From contig JBHGNT010000018.1 of assembly GCA_043228905.1 (NCBI GenBank), positions 5,332,001-5,396,000 of the forward strand: 64,000 nucleotides of DNA. The letters are read 5' to 3'. A model generated the notes under the pieces. It searched no databases. It was not told the origin of the DNA and saw only the letters and a list, made by a program, of their open reading frames with translations. Every line of letters starts with the position of its first letter. Position 1 is the first letter of the stretch. The position numbers were made by a program, and so were the translations under genes. The DNA is from Azolla caroliniana (Eukaryota; Plantae; Polypodiophyta). This document shows positions 21,367 through 31,322 of the stretch, piece after piece.

Positions 21367-24300
21367 CTTCTTTTGTGGCATATGTCTATGACATTATTCT
21401 CCCTCCAAGGCCGCCTCTTAACACCCGCGGTCGGTTTATGGGGGTATCGTTGGTGAAAAGCGCGAATTGCCTCTGGTACATTTTGTAAGTGTGTAATTGG
21501 TTCCCATGTGGCATTCGAAAGAGGGTAACCTTTCCATAAGACCAAATATTGAAGTCGCCGTCGATGTAAGCGAGAGTCGAGGATCCGGTCACCCTCATAC
21601 TCCTCACTTGTTGATAATTCCACGGGCGGCGGCGGAGGAGGTTGGTGTCCCGAAATGTGAGAAGGATGATAGAGTTCGAGGAGAGAGACGTGGAAAACAT
21701 TGTGAAGCCGAAATGTGGGGGGAAGCGCTAGCCGGAAGGTGACTGGGTTAACGCGCTCGAGGATACGGAAGGGGCCTAACTTTTTGTAGTCGAGCTTGCG
21801 CAGGGACGGGTGGTTGCGATATGCCGATGTAGCAACCAAACCATGTCACCGACTGCGAAGGTCGGCACGACTAAGCGATGTCGGTCAGTGTGAGCTTTAT
21901 ACTGTTTGCCAGTAGCACGGAGCTCAAGGGAGAGGTCACGGTGGACATCTTGTAAGGTGTGGGCACGCTTCTTGGCCGATGGATTGATGGATATCTCTGG
22001 AATGGAAATGCTGAAACGAGGGTGGAAACCATAATTTGCAAAGAATGGGGAAACTTTCGTTGAGGCATGGATATTGTTATTGTAGGCAAATTTTGCCATG
22101 GCAAGGAGGTCCACCCAATCGTCTTGTTGGTAGCTAACTGAACAACGGAGGTATTGTTCGAGGATTTGATTGACTCTTTCGGTTTGGCCATCAGTTTGAG
22201 GGTGGTGCACGGTTGACAAGTTCACAGAAGTCCCGAATGTCTGTAGCAGTTGGTGCCAAAAGTGGGAAATAAAATTGAGGACCTCGATCAGAAGTGACAT
22301 CCTCAGGCAAACCATGTAATCGGACGACATATTTTAGAAAAAGGGCAGCTGTCTCCTCCCCCGAAATGGTTTTCGAACATGGGACAAAGTGAGCCATCTT
22401 CGAAAACCGATCGACGACCACTAGCACCATGTCATGGTCACCGACTTGAGGAAGGTCGGTGATAAAGTCCATGGAGAGAGATGCCCAAGGTCGACTGGGG
22501 ATTGGAAGTGGGTGTAGAAGGCCATATGGATGATGGTGAGTTGCTTTGGAGTGAGTGCAAACGTCACAAGTTTTGATAAATTCTTTGACCAATTTCCAAG
22601 GTTGAGGCCACCAAAACCCCCAAGAAAGCAATGCCAGTGTTTTGGCGATCCCAAAGTGTCCGACAAGAGGATCATCAAGGCAAGTTTGTAGAACTCGGAG
22701 GCAACATGGGCCATTTGGTATGTAAAGGAGGTGATTACGATAGAGTAGCCCATTGTGAGTTGTAAAGTGACTGAGATCTAAGCTTTGCCATTCTTGGGAT
22801 GGGTTGTTGAGGCCGCCATGATGTCAATAGTGAAAGGGTTCGACGTGGTTGCTTGGGCAATCTCGTTGAGCAAGGAATCATCGTGCAAGAGATAGGTTGC
22901 GAACATGTGGAGTTGATCGAGCTGCAATAAACAATGTGATTGTTGAGAATAAGCGTCGTCGCCTGGGCGCAATGCAAAATCGGGTCGCCGAGAGAGAGCA
23001 TTCGCTTTCCCATGTTGAACGCCGAGTCGGAACAAGATTTCGAAGTCGTAGTCGACAAGAAAAGATGACCAACGAGCCTGCCTCCGATTCAACGTACGAG
23101 TGGTGGTGAAGTAGATGAGATTCTTGTGGTCGGTCACCACTTGAATACGATGTTGCGCCCCAGCCAGATAGGGTCACCATTCAACGAAGGCCGAGATGAT
23201 AGATGCGACCTCCTTGTCGTAGACCGGATAATTGATTTCCGGGCCTGTAAATTTCTGAGAGTAGAAGGTGACCGGATGTAGGGTGCCATCGTCATCAGGT
23301 TGGGACAAGACCGCACCTATGGGAAAGTCGGAGGCGTCGGTTTCAACCTGGAAAGGGCGGGTGGACTAACAGGGGGGCAGAGAGAAAAGCTGCTTTGAGG
23401 GCATTAAAAGCATTATGTGCTGCGGGGGTGCAAAGAAATGGAGTATCTTTTCGGGTAAGTTGGATGAGAGGTTGGACTAGGGATGAGAACCTGTCTATAA
23501 ATCATCTATAAAAATTTGCAAAACCAAGAAACAATTGTACCTCTTTTAGCCAAGTTGGGAGAGGCCAATCAGTGATTGCGGCGACCTTGCGTTTATCCGT
23601 TGTGATCCTGGTAGGTGAGATCATGTAACCTAGGAATTCCACAGAGGTTCGATCGAATTCACATTTCTCACTTTTGGCGAAGAGCCTATATTCTCGGAGT
23701 TTGGTGAGAACCAGCCGGACGTGGTGTGTGTGCTCCTCCTAATTGGAAGAAAAAACTAGGATGTCGTCAAGGTAGATGACCTCGAAATGATCGAGATACT
23801 CACGAAAAATATCGTTCATCATGTGCTGGAAGACGGCCGGAGCATTGGTAAGGCCGAAAGGCATCACTTTGTACTTGAAATGTCCATAGCGCATCCGAAA
23901 AGATGTTTTCCACTCGTCCCTAGGCTTGATGTGCACCAAATTGTAGGCGCCCCGAAGGTCGATTTTGGAGAAGGTATGCCCCGTTCGGAGTCGATCGAGG
24001 AGCGCTGGAATTAAGGGCAGGGGGTAACGATTACGTACCGTAACTTTGTTGAGACTCCGATAATCGACACATAAGCGTAAGGAGCCGTCCTTCTTTTTGA
24101 CAAATAAGATTGGTGCCCCGACCGGTGATTTGGAGGGATGAATGAAGCCTTTCTCGAGATTCTCAGCCAAATATATGCGGAGAGCCTGAAGTTCGGGTTC
24201 AGATAACCCATAGATAGGACCGAATGGGGGATGCTCGCCTGCTTGGAGTTCTATTGGGCAATCGTAGGGGCGATGAGCTGGTAATCGATCAACATTCCGC

Positions 24301-25060
24301 TTTTCAAAGATGTCGGAAAAGTCGTTATATTGGATGGGTAAATTGGTGACAGGAACGGTGACGTTCCTCGACACAACGGCCAGTGTAGCGACCAAACCAG
24401 ACTCGACCGCAACAGAATCAAGAGAGTGTCGTGACCGAGCAGGAATTGGCGTTGTTGGAAAAATGATGGAGCGACTACACCAATCCACCGTCGGATTGTG
24501 TGTCTCCAACCAAGATAGCCCCAACACAATCGGATGTCGGGGGGTCGCGATGAGGTAGAACGTGTAAGGAAATCACCGGTTGGATTCACCTTCTTCACTC
24601 GGCCACAACCGATTAATCGCGGATCAATGTAGCAGAAAAATAGGAAATACAGAGAAAGACGCGATACACAGGGATTAACGTGGAAAACCCTATACGGGAA
24701 AAACCACGGGAGTGCGAGACTCCGAACCAAACTATGCACAGAGAAATATACAATGGCGAGCTGCAAGGCAACGACCTTGAGCTCGCTGTCCTCGCCACAG
24801 GCGGCGGAAGTACACAGAGGCGTCTACCTCTTCGTCTCTCTCGCGCTCTATCTCTCTCTCTCTCTCGGCTGCTCTCACTTCACTCCTCTTGAGTGGAAAA
24901 ACAGAAAAATGATAAGCAACAACATAAACTGTTTGCCCTAAGTCATATTTATACATATATGACTTTCGGGCTATTTACAAATATAGCCACAAGGGCTCTT
25001 AGCAAACATATTCACAAATATGTCCCCGCATCCGAATCTCTCTCCGGGTACATTCGTCAT

Positions 25061-25312
25061 CCGGCTCCGTAACCGGGGTCTTCATCATCCGGATCCGTAT
25101 CCGGGTACTCTTCATCCGGCTCCGTAACCGGGGTCTTCATCATCCGGATCCGTATCCGGGTACTCTTCATCCGGCTCCGTAACCGGGGTCTTCATCATCC
25201 GGATCCGTATCCGGGTACTCTTCATCCGGCTTCGTAACCGGGGTCTTCATCATCCGGATCCGTATCCGGGTACTCTTCATCCGGCTCCGTAACCGGGGTC
25301 TTCATCATCCGG
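25061..25312. repeat. 55-bp CCGG-rich tandem array in U3 of C (4.6 units here; 3.6 units at 29956-30152)
   Basis: Unit ccggctccgtaaccggggtcttcatcatccggatccgtatccgggtactcttcat starts at 25061, 25116, 25171, 25226 and 25281. Confidence 0.95.
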
Positions 25313-25354
25313 ACATCCCATCCGGAGGGACCGAAATCCCAACAAACTCCCCCT

Positions 25355-28300
25355 TCACTTCGGCATGGGATGTCTCTCCAACCCGATCCTCTTCCGGCAT
25401 GCTTCCAGCTTGTCGGGTGTGAGCACCTTGGTCAGCATATCCGACCCGTTCTCGTTCGTGTGGATCTTCGTCAGCACGAACTCCTTGTCTTCTATCCTTT
25501 CCCGGATCCAGTGGTATCTACGCTGGATGTGTTTCGTCCGGGAATGGTAGGCCGCGTTCTTTGCAAGGTGGATGGCACTCTGACTATCGCAGTAGAGTCG
25601 GTACTCCTCCTGCCGGATCCCGAGCTCTCTAATGAAGTCCTTCATCCATATTATTTCCTTGCCGGCTTCAACAGCTGCCATGTACTCCGCCTCCGTGGTT
25701 GACAACGCAACCGTCTTCTGCAGCCTCGACTGCCACGAAACGGCTCCCCCTGCATAAGTCATCACATACCCTGATGTGGACCGGCTGGTATCTGCATCAG
25801 CCGACATATCCGAATCGGTGAAGCCGTCGAGTTCGGGCTTACCGGAGCCGAATCGGAGGCACACGTTTGCCGTGCCCTTCAGGTATCGAAGTATCCACTT
25901 GACCGCGTTCCAATGCTCTTTGCCGGGATTGCTCATGTACCGGCTCACCACTCCGACTGCGTATCCGATGTCCGGTCTCATACACACCATGGCGTACATC
26001 AGGCTCCCGACAGCTGAGGCATACGGCACTTTCATCATATCCTCCTTTTCAGCCTTTGTCTTGGGACTTTGCTTGCTGGACAACTTGCAGTTTGCCGGTA
26101 GGGTTGATCCGACCGGTCTTGCTTCCGACATGTTGAACCGTTGAAGCACCTTTGTCACGTACTTCTCTTGTGACAGCCACAACTGCTTCTTGCTCCGGTC
26201 CCGGATGATGTGCATCCCTAGTATTTGTCTCGCCGGACCCAAGTCCTTCATTGAGAAGGTTCGGTGAAGAGCCTTCTTCAGCATCCGTATCTTGACCTGG
26301 TCCCGTCCGACGATCAACATGTCGTCCACGTACAGGAGGAGTATTAGAAAATCTCCTCCTTCGAACTTCTTCACAAACACGCAGTGGTCGGACTGCGTTT
26401 TGAGGTACCCTTCGTCGGTCATGAAGGAGTCGAACTTCCGGTACCATTGCCGGGGAGCCTGCTTCAGTCCGTAAAGGCTCTTCTTCAACCGGCATACCAG
26501 GTGCTCCTTCCCTTTCTTCTCGAATCCTTCCGGTTGCTGCATGTAGATCTCTTCATCGAGGTCACCGTGAAGGAATGCCGTCTTCACGTCCATCTGTTCT
26601 ACCTCGAGGTCCATGCTTGCCGCTATGCTCAGCACCGTCCGGATGGAGGTCATCTTCACTACCGGGGCAAATATCTCGTCGAAGTCGACGCCCTTCTTCT
26701 GCTGAAACCCCTTCACCACGATCCTGGCTTTGTATCTCGGGGGGTTTCCGGCATCTCCCGGTTTCAGCTTGAACACCCACTTGTTACGGAGTGCCCGTTT
26801 TCCTTTCGGCAACTCCACAAGTTCATATGTGTGGTTCTCATGCAGGGAATCCATCTCGTCCTGCATGGCACTCAACCACCTGCGGCTCTGGGTGTCATGC
26901 TTTGCTTCTTCAAAGCTCTCCGGCTCCCCTTCGTCGGTTAGCAGCACGTGCTCTGGTTCCGGAAATCTCCGGGGGGCCCTTCTCTCTCTTAGAGGATATC
27001 TCCGTTCCGGAGCTTCGGTAACCGGTTCTTCCGATTCTTCTTCATCCGAATCTATTTCGGGATCGGGGCCGGTTCCGGTATCGTTTTCATCTTCTTCGGC
27101 CGGTTCTGTTTCTTCACCGTCTTCGGCCGGATCCTCGAGTGCTAACCGGTCCCTTGCCGGTCGGGACTGCTCCTCGTAGAGTTTATACTCACCGGTTGAC
27201 TTGGAGCTCTTCATCTTCTTCTCCGACTCCCAGTCGGCGAGTGTCTTGTCCTCCATGAAGATGATGTCTCGACTCCTGAATATCTTCTTGTCCACCGGGT
27301 CCCATACTCGGTAGCCGAACTCGTCGTCGCCGTAACCGAGGAATATGCATGGCCGGGTCTTTGGATCTAGCTTTCCTCTCCGGTCCTTTGCCACATGCAC
27401 GTATGCGAGACACCCGAACACCTTCAGATGCCGGTAGGATACTTCCTTACCGGTCCACACTCTCTGCGGCGTGTCTCCGTCCAAAGGTACTGAGGGTGAT
27501 CTGTTTATCACATATGTCGCCGTCGACATTGCCTCAGCCCAAAACCCCTTGGGTAATTTCGCATGCGCCAGCATACTCCGGACCCTCTCCATTATGGTCC
27601 GGTTCATCCTCTCGGCCAGCCCGTTCAGTTCCGGCGTCTTCGGCACAGTAAACTCGAGTCGGATTCCCTTCGAGCGACAGTACTCCTGGAATTGCCCCCG
27701 GTATTCCCCTCCGTTATCCGCTCGTATCGCTTTCAGCTTCTTGCCGGATTCCCTTTCCACTCTCGCGTGGAGTTCTTTGAAGACGGACAACACTTGGTCC
27801 TTTGTCTTCATCGGTGCCGTCCACAGTCTTCGGCTATGATCATCTATGAAAGTTACGAAGTACTGGGCTCCGCCATGTGACTTCGTTTCTACCTGACACA
27901 CATCGGTGTGCACCAACTCCAATGGTGCGTTACGTCTCGTCGGTGGCCTTGAGTGGAAGGAGGTTCGGTTCTGTTTACCGGCCAGGCAATCGGTGCACTT
28001 CTCCAGGTGCACATGCTTCACTGGGATAAGGTTGTCTTCTGCAAGCCTCTTCATCCCCTTCTCACTCATGTGGCACAGTCTTTTGTGCCACAGCTCACCG
28101 GCAGTGTCGGCTGCCACATTCAGCTCTTCCGGACATAACCAGGCATTCATCAGGTACAGTGTGTTGACCTTCCGGGCCCGAGCCACTATCAAGCTCCCTT
28201 TGCTGAACTTCATGACACCGTTCCGGATGCTACCTGTGTAGCCTTCATCGTCTAGCCTCCCGGCCGAAATCAGGTTCAGTCGAACCTCCGGAACGTGTCG

Positions 28301-29428
28301 GACATCCTTCAGCAGCATTTTGCATCCGGTCGGGGTTGTCAACCACACGTCTCCTATGCCGGCAATCCGGCACGTACCTTCATTTCCCATCCGAACACAG
28401 CCATGCTCACCGGCTGTGTAGGATGAGAAGTATTTCTTCTCCGGGGTCAGGTGGAACGACGCTCCGGAATCGACCACCCAGGTCATCTCTACGCCGGCAA
28501 GGTTCAGCTCCCTCTCTTCGGTAATGAGCATGATTTCTTCTTCACTTGCCGCGAGTGCCGTCGTTCCTTTCCGGTCCTGCCCTCGCCGATCCGAACCTCT
28601 CCGGTCCGTGGCTCCCCGGTATGCACCGTTTCTCTCCGGTGACTTCTTCGAATCGGTGTCGTCGGCTCCGTTGTCCTTTCGGTAATGCCGACAATTCTTC
28701 CGGAAGTGCCCCGGCTTCCCACAGTGGAAGCACGTGGGCCTTCCTCTTGACTGCGACCGGGTCCCCGACTTCTCCCGTCTTTGCGGACTCCGGTTCCAGT
28801 GTCTTCCCCGTTCCGATTCGGTAAGCAGCGCCTTCGAGTCGGAGGCCGGTTCTTTGTCTCTCCGACGCGCTTCTTCGTTCAAAATACTTGTCTTTACCGT
28901 TTGTAGGGACAAGTTGTCTTCCGTGCAGGAGGTGCTGAGAGTCACCACCAAGTTCTCCCAGCTGTCCGGCAATGTACACATCAGGATGATGGCTTGCATT
29001 GCATCCTCCAACGGGAACTTGATCGCCGCAAGCTGGTTCACGAATCCCATGAACGTGCTTACGTGTTCCACCATACTCTCGCCGTCCCGGTACTTGAGAT
29101 TCACAATCTTCCTCATCAGGGAGGTCCGGTTCAACGCATTCTTCCTCTCATAGAGGCCCGACAGCTTCTTCCACATTTCGTATGCGTTGGTGTCGTTCGC
29201 CACATGTTGTAGGACGCTTACGTCGACATATTGTCGGATCGTCGCTACGGCTTTCCGGTTCAGGAGCTTCCACTCCGACTCAAGTACCCCTTTCGGTATT
29301 TCCGACCTGTCAATCGGTTCGTACAGGTCCCGAACAATCAGAAGATCCTCCATCTTGATCTTCCAGTCGGCGTAATTTTGTGCATTCAGCACCATCATCA
29401 TCGGCTGCCCGCTGCCGCCGCCTTCCAT
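25355..29428 (-). CDS. Copia Gag-Pol polyprotein of C (~1357 aa)
   Basis: Uninterrupted ORF from ATG 29428: CCHC knuckle CFHCGKPGHFRKNC, PR WVVDSGAS, INT HHCC and D,D(35)E, RT LYVDDML, RH GSDMLTK. Confidence 0.96.
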   Translation of the reverse strand: MEGGGSGQPMMMVLNAQNYADWKIKMEDLLIVRDLYEPIDRSEIPKGVLESEWKLLNRKAVATIRQYVDVSVLQHVANDTNAYEMWKKLSGLYERKNALNRTSLMRKIVNLKYRDGESMVEHVSTFMGFVNQLAAIKFPLEDAMQAIILMCTLPDSWENLVVTLSTSCTEDNLSLQTVKTSILNEEARRRDKEPASDSKALLTESERGRHWNRSPQRREKSGTRSQSRGRPTCFHCGKPGHFRKNCRHYRKDNGADDTDSKKSPERNGAYRGATDRRGSDRRGQDRKGTTALAASEEEIMLITEERELNLAGVEMTWVVDSGASFHLTPEKKYFSSYTAGEHGCVRMGNEGTCRIAGIGDVWLTTPTGCKMLLKDVRHVPEVRLNLISAGRLDDEGYTGSIRNGVMKFSKGSLIVARARKVNTLYLMNAWLCPEELNVAADTAGELWHKRLCHMSEKGMKRLAEDNLIPVKHVHLEKCTDCLAGKQNRTSFHSRPPTRRNAPLELVHTDVCQVETKSHGGAQYFVTFIDDHSRRLWTAPMKTKDQVLSVFKELHARVERESGKKLKAIRADNGGEYRGQFQEYCRSKGIRLEFTVPKTPELNGLAERMNRTIMERVRSMLAHAKLPKGFWAEAMSTATYVINRSPSVPLDGDTPQRVWTGKEVSYRHLKVFGCLAYVHVAKDRRGKLDPKTRPCIFLGYGDDEFGYRVWDPVDKKIFRSRDIIFMEDKTLADWESEKKMKSSKSTGEYKLYEEQSRPARDRLALEDPAEDGEETEPAEEDENDTGTGPDPEIDSDEEESEEPVTEAPERRYPLRERRAPRRFPEPEHVLLTDEGEPESFEEAKHDTQSRRWLSAMQDEMDSLHENHTYELVELPKGKRALRNKWVFKLKPGDAGNPPRYKARIVVKGFQQKKGVDFDEIFAPVVKMTSIRTVLSIAASMDLEVEQMDVKTAFLHGDLDEEIYMQQPEGFEKKGKEHLVCRLKKSLYGLKQAPRQWYRKFDSFMTDEGYLKTQSDHCVFVKKFEGGDFLILLLYVDDMLIVGRDQVKIRMLKKALHRTFSMKDLGPARQILGMHIIRDRSKKQLWLSQEKYVTKVLQRFNMSEARPVGSTLPANCKLSSKQSPKTKAEKEDMMKVPYASAVGSLMYAMVCMRPDIGYAVGVVSRYMSNPGKEHWNAVKWILRYLKGTANVCLRFGSGKPELDGFTDSDMSADADTSRSTSGYVMTYAGGAVSWQSRLQKTVALSTTEAEYMAAVEAGKEIIWMKDFIRELGIRQEEYRLYCDSQSAIHLAKNAAYHSRTKHIQRRYHWIRERIEDKEFVLTKIHTNENGSDMLTKVLTPDKLEACRKRIGLERHPMPK

Positions 29429-31311
29429 TTTCTGCAACAGTCGCTCTGATACCAGTTTGTAAGGAAATCACCGGTTGGATTCACCTTCTTCACTCGGCCA
29501 CAACCGATTAATCGCGGATCAATGTAGCAGAAAAATAGGAAATACAGAGAAAGACGCGATACACAGGGATTAACGTGGAAAACCCTATACGGGAAAAACC
29601 ACGGGAGTGCGAGACTCCGAACCAAACTATGCACAGAGAAATATACAATGGCGAGCTGCAAGGCAACGACCTTGAGCTCGCTGTCCTCGCCACAGGCGGC
29701 GGAAGTACACAGAGGCGTCTACCTCTTCGTCTCTCTCGCGCTCTATCTCTCTCTCTCTCTCGGCTGCTCTCACTTCACTCCTCTTGAGTGGAAAAACAGA
29801 AAAATGATAAGCAACAACATAAACTGTTTGCCCTAAGTCATATTTATACATATATGACTTTCGGGCTATTTACAAATATAGCCACAAGGGCTCTTAGCAA
29901 ACATATTCACAAATATGTCCCCGCATCCGAATCTCTCTCCGGGTACATTCGTCATCCGGCTCCGTAACCGGGGTCTTCATCATCCGGATCCGTATCCGGG
30001 TACTCTTCATCCGGCTCCGTAACCGGGGTCTTCATCATCCGGATCCGTATCCGGGTACTCTTCATCCGGCTCCGTAACCGGGGTCTTCATCATCCGGATC
30101 CGTATCCGGGTACTCTTCATCCGGCTCCGTAACCGGGGTCTTCATCATCCGGACATCCCATCCGGAGGGACCGAAATCCCAACAGAACGTTAGTTCCTCC
30201 TGGTGTGCCCCGATTTGAAGTACCAACGGGATAGTGACTTTGGTAACCGCCCCCGATGAGAGAACCCGATCGTCGATTACTTCAACGGATATGGGTTGTG
30301 ATGTGCAGACGGTGGGGATATTATGTGCGCATACAAACGATTTATCGATAAAGCAAGTAGATGCTTCGAAGTCGAGCAAGGCATGAGAATGTATTGAAGT
30401 TGAACCAAAACAAAGACTTACTTGCAAAGAAAACCCTCCTAATGGCGGTTCAGACTTGTAGGATCATGGAGAAGGTGAGTAACGGGAAGCGTCCAACGGC
30501 ATGGCTCCTATTGCAACCGGACTTGGTCATTTTCTTGTTGTCGAGGAACCTCCGCAAGACGTGCACGATGGAATTGGTGTCGAGGGCCCCGTTCTTCTTG
30601 ACGAAGTTCGAAAAGACGATTGTCACACTGGACAGCTTGGGAGATTACCCGAGACAACGATGTGGGCTCCGGGAAGTTTAAGAGAAGAGTCTTGACGTAA
30701 TTTCGGAGACCACGATGGAAATGGTCGCATAGGGCTTGGTCATCCCAACTAACATCGTAGGCAATCTGGCGGAACTCTGAGGCGTAGATCGAGGCAGGAC
30801 GTGAACCTTGTTGGATAGAATAAAGCTTTGTGAGTGCCGTTCGTCGCCGATCTGTCTCGCCAAATGTGGCTTCGAGCTCCTCCATGAAAGCGGTGAAGTC
30901 CTCCAAGAGAGGGGATGAGGTCTCAATCAAGGGTGCAAACCACGCTTGCGCCGGCCCAGAGAGAAGCGTGCCAACAAGCCCAACCCGAGAAAAGTCGTGA
31001 GTATACCATTGGGGCTGTAATCGGATGATAAGCCGAATTTGGTTGATGAATCCGCAAAGATACGCCCTCGTGCCATTGAATTTTTCGGGTAGGCTGATGG
31101 TTGGTTCGAGGACATATGGATGAGAAGAGGACATGGTCGGGCTAGGTGTCGACGGTGGTTGTGACTCGGCGGCTAGTGGATTTCTTGAAGTGCCGGATTG
31201 CAACTCTCGTAATGATTCCCAAAGGATTTCATTCTCCAGTTGAAGTTGTTGCAAGGCTGCCATGATTTGGTTTAGGTTGTCGACGGAGCCGGACATGGTA
31301 GCAAGAAAAGG

Positions 31312-31322
31312 AAGGTGTACAA
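31312..31322 (-). promoter_or_regulatory. Non-tRNA (self-priming) PBS of B
   Basis: Sense TTGTACACCTT lies 2 nt after the 5' LTR and is the exact complement of AAGGTGTACAA (31433-31423), which lies 32 nt downstream of TATAAATA (31465-31458). Confidence 0.8.

Larger units (their letters stand above)
24563..30184 (-). mobile_element. Ty1/copia LTR retrotransposon C, full-length and very recent, nested in the B protease
   Basis: Perfect TSD GAACG (24558-24562, 30185-30189); LTRs 24563-25344 and 29458-30184 appear identical except for one 55-bp repeat unit; PBS tggtatcagagc 29454-29443; PPT; intact gag-pol. Confidence 0.97.

Noticed and set aside
21301-21390. Functional tRNA genes in the B and F LTRs
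   Set aside because: No convincing anticodon arm or correctly spaced acceptor stem; reported only as tRNA-like promoter boxes
24558-24562. TSDs of related elements C (GAACG) and D (GAACA) look alike
   Set aside because: Only two sites, with opposite element orientations; insufficient to claim target specificity
25061-25312. Regular arrays resembling CRISPR
   Set aside because: Head-to-tail repeats without unique spacers, inside eukaryotic LTRs, with no cas genes
30505-30545. Possible gag/pol slippery site (A GAA AAT) in B
   Set aside because: The region is degenerate and seems to lack the zinc knuckle, so the frame relationship cannot be trusted
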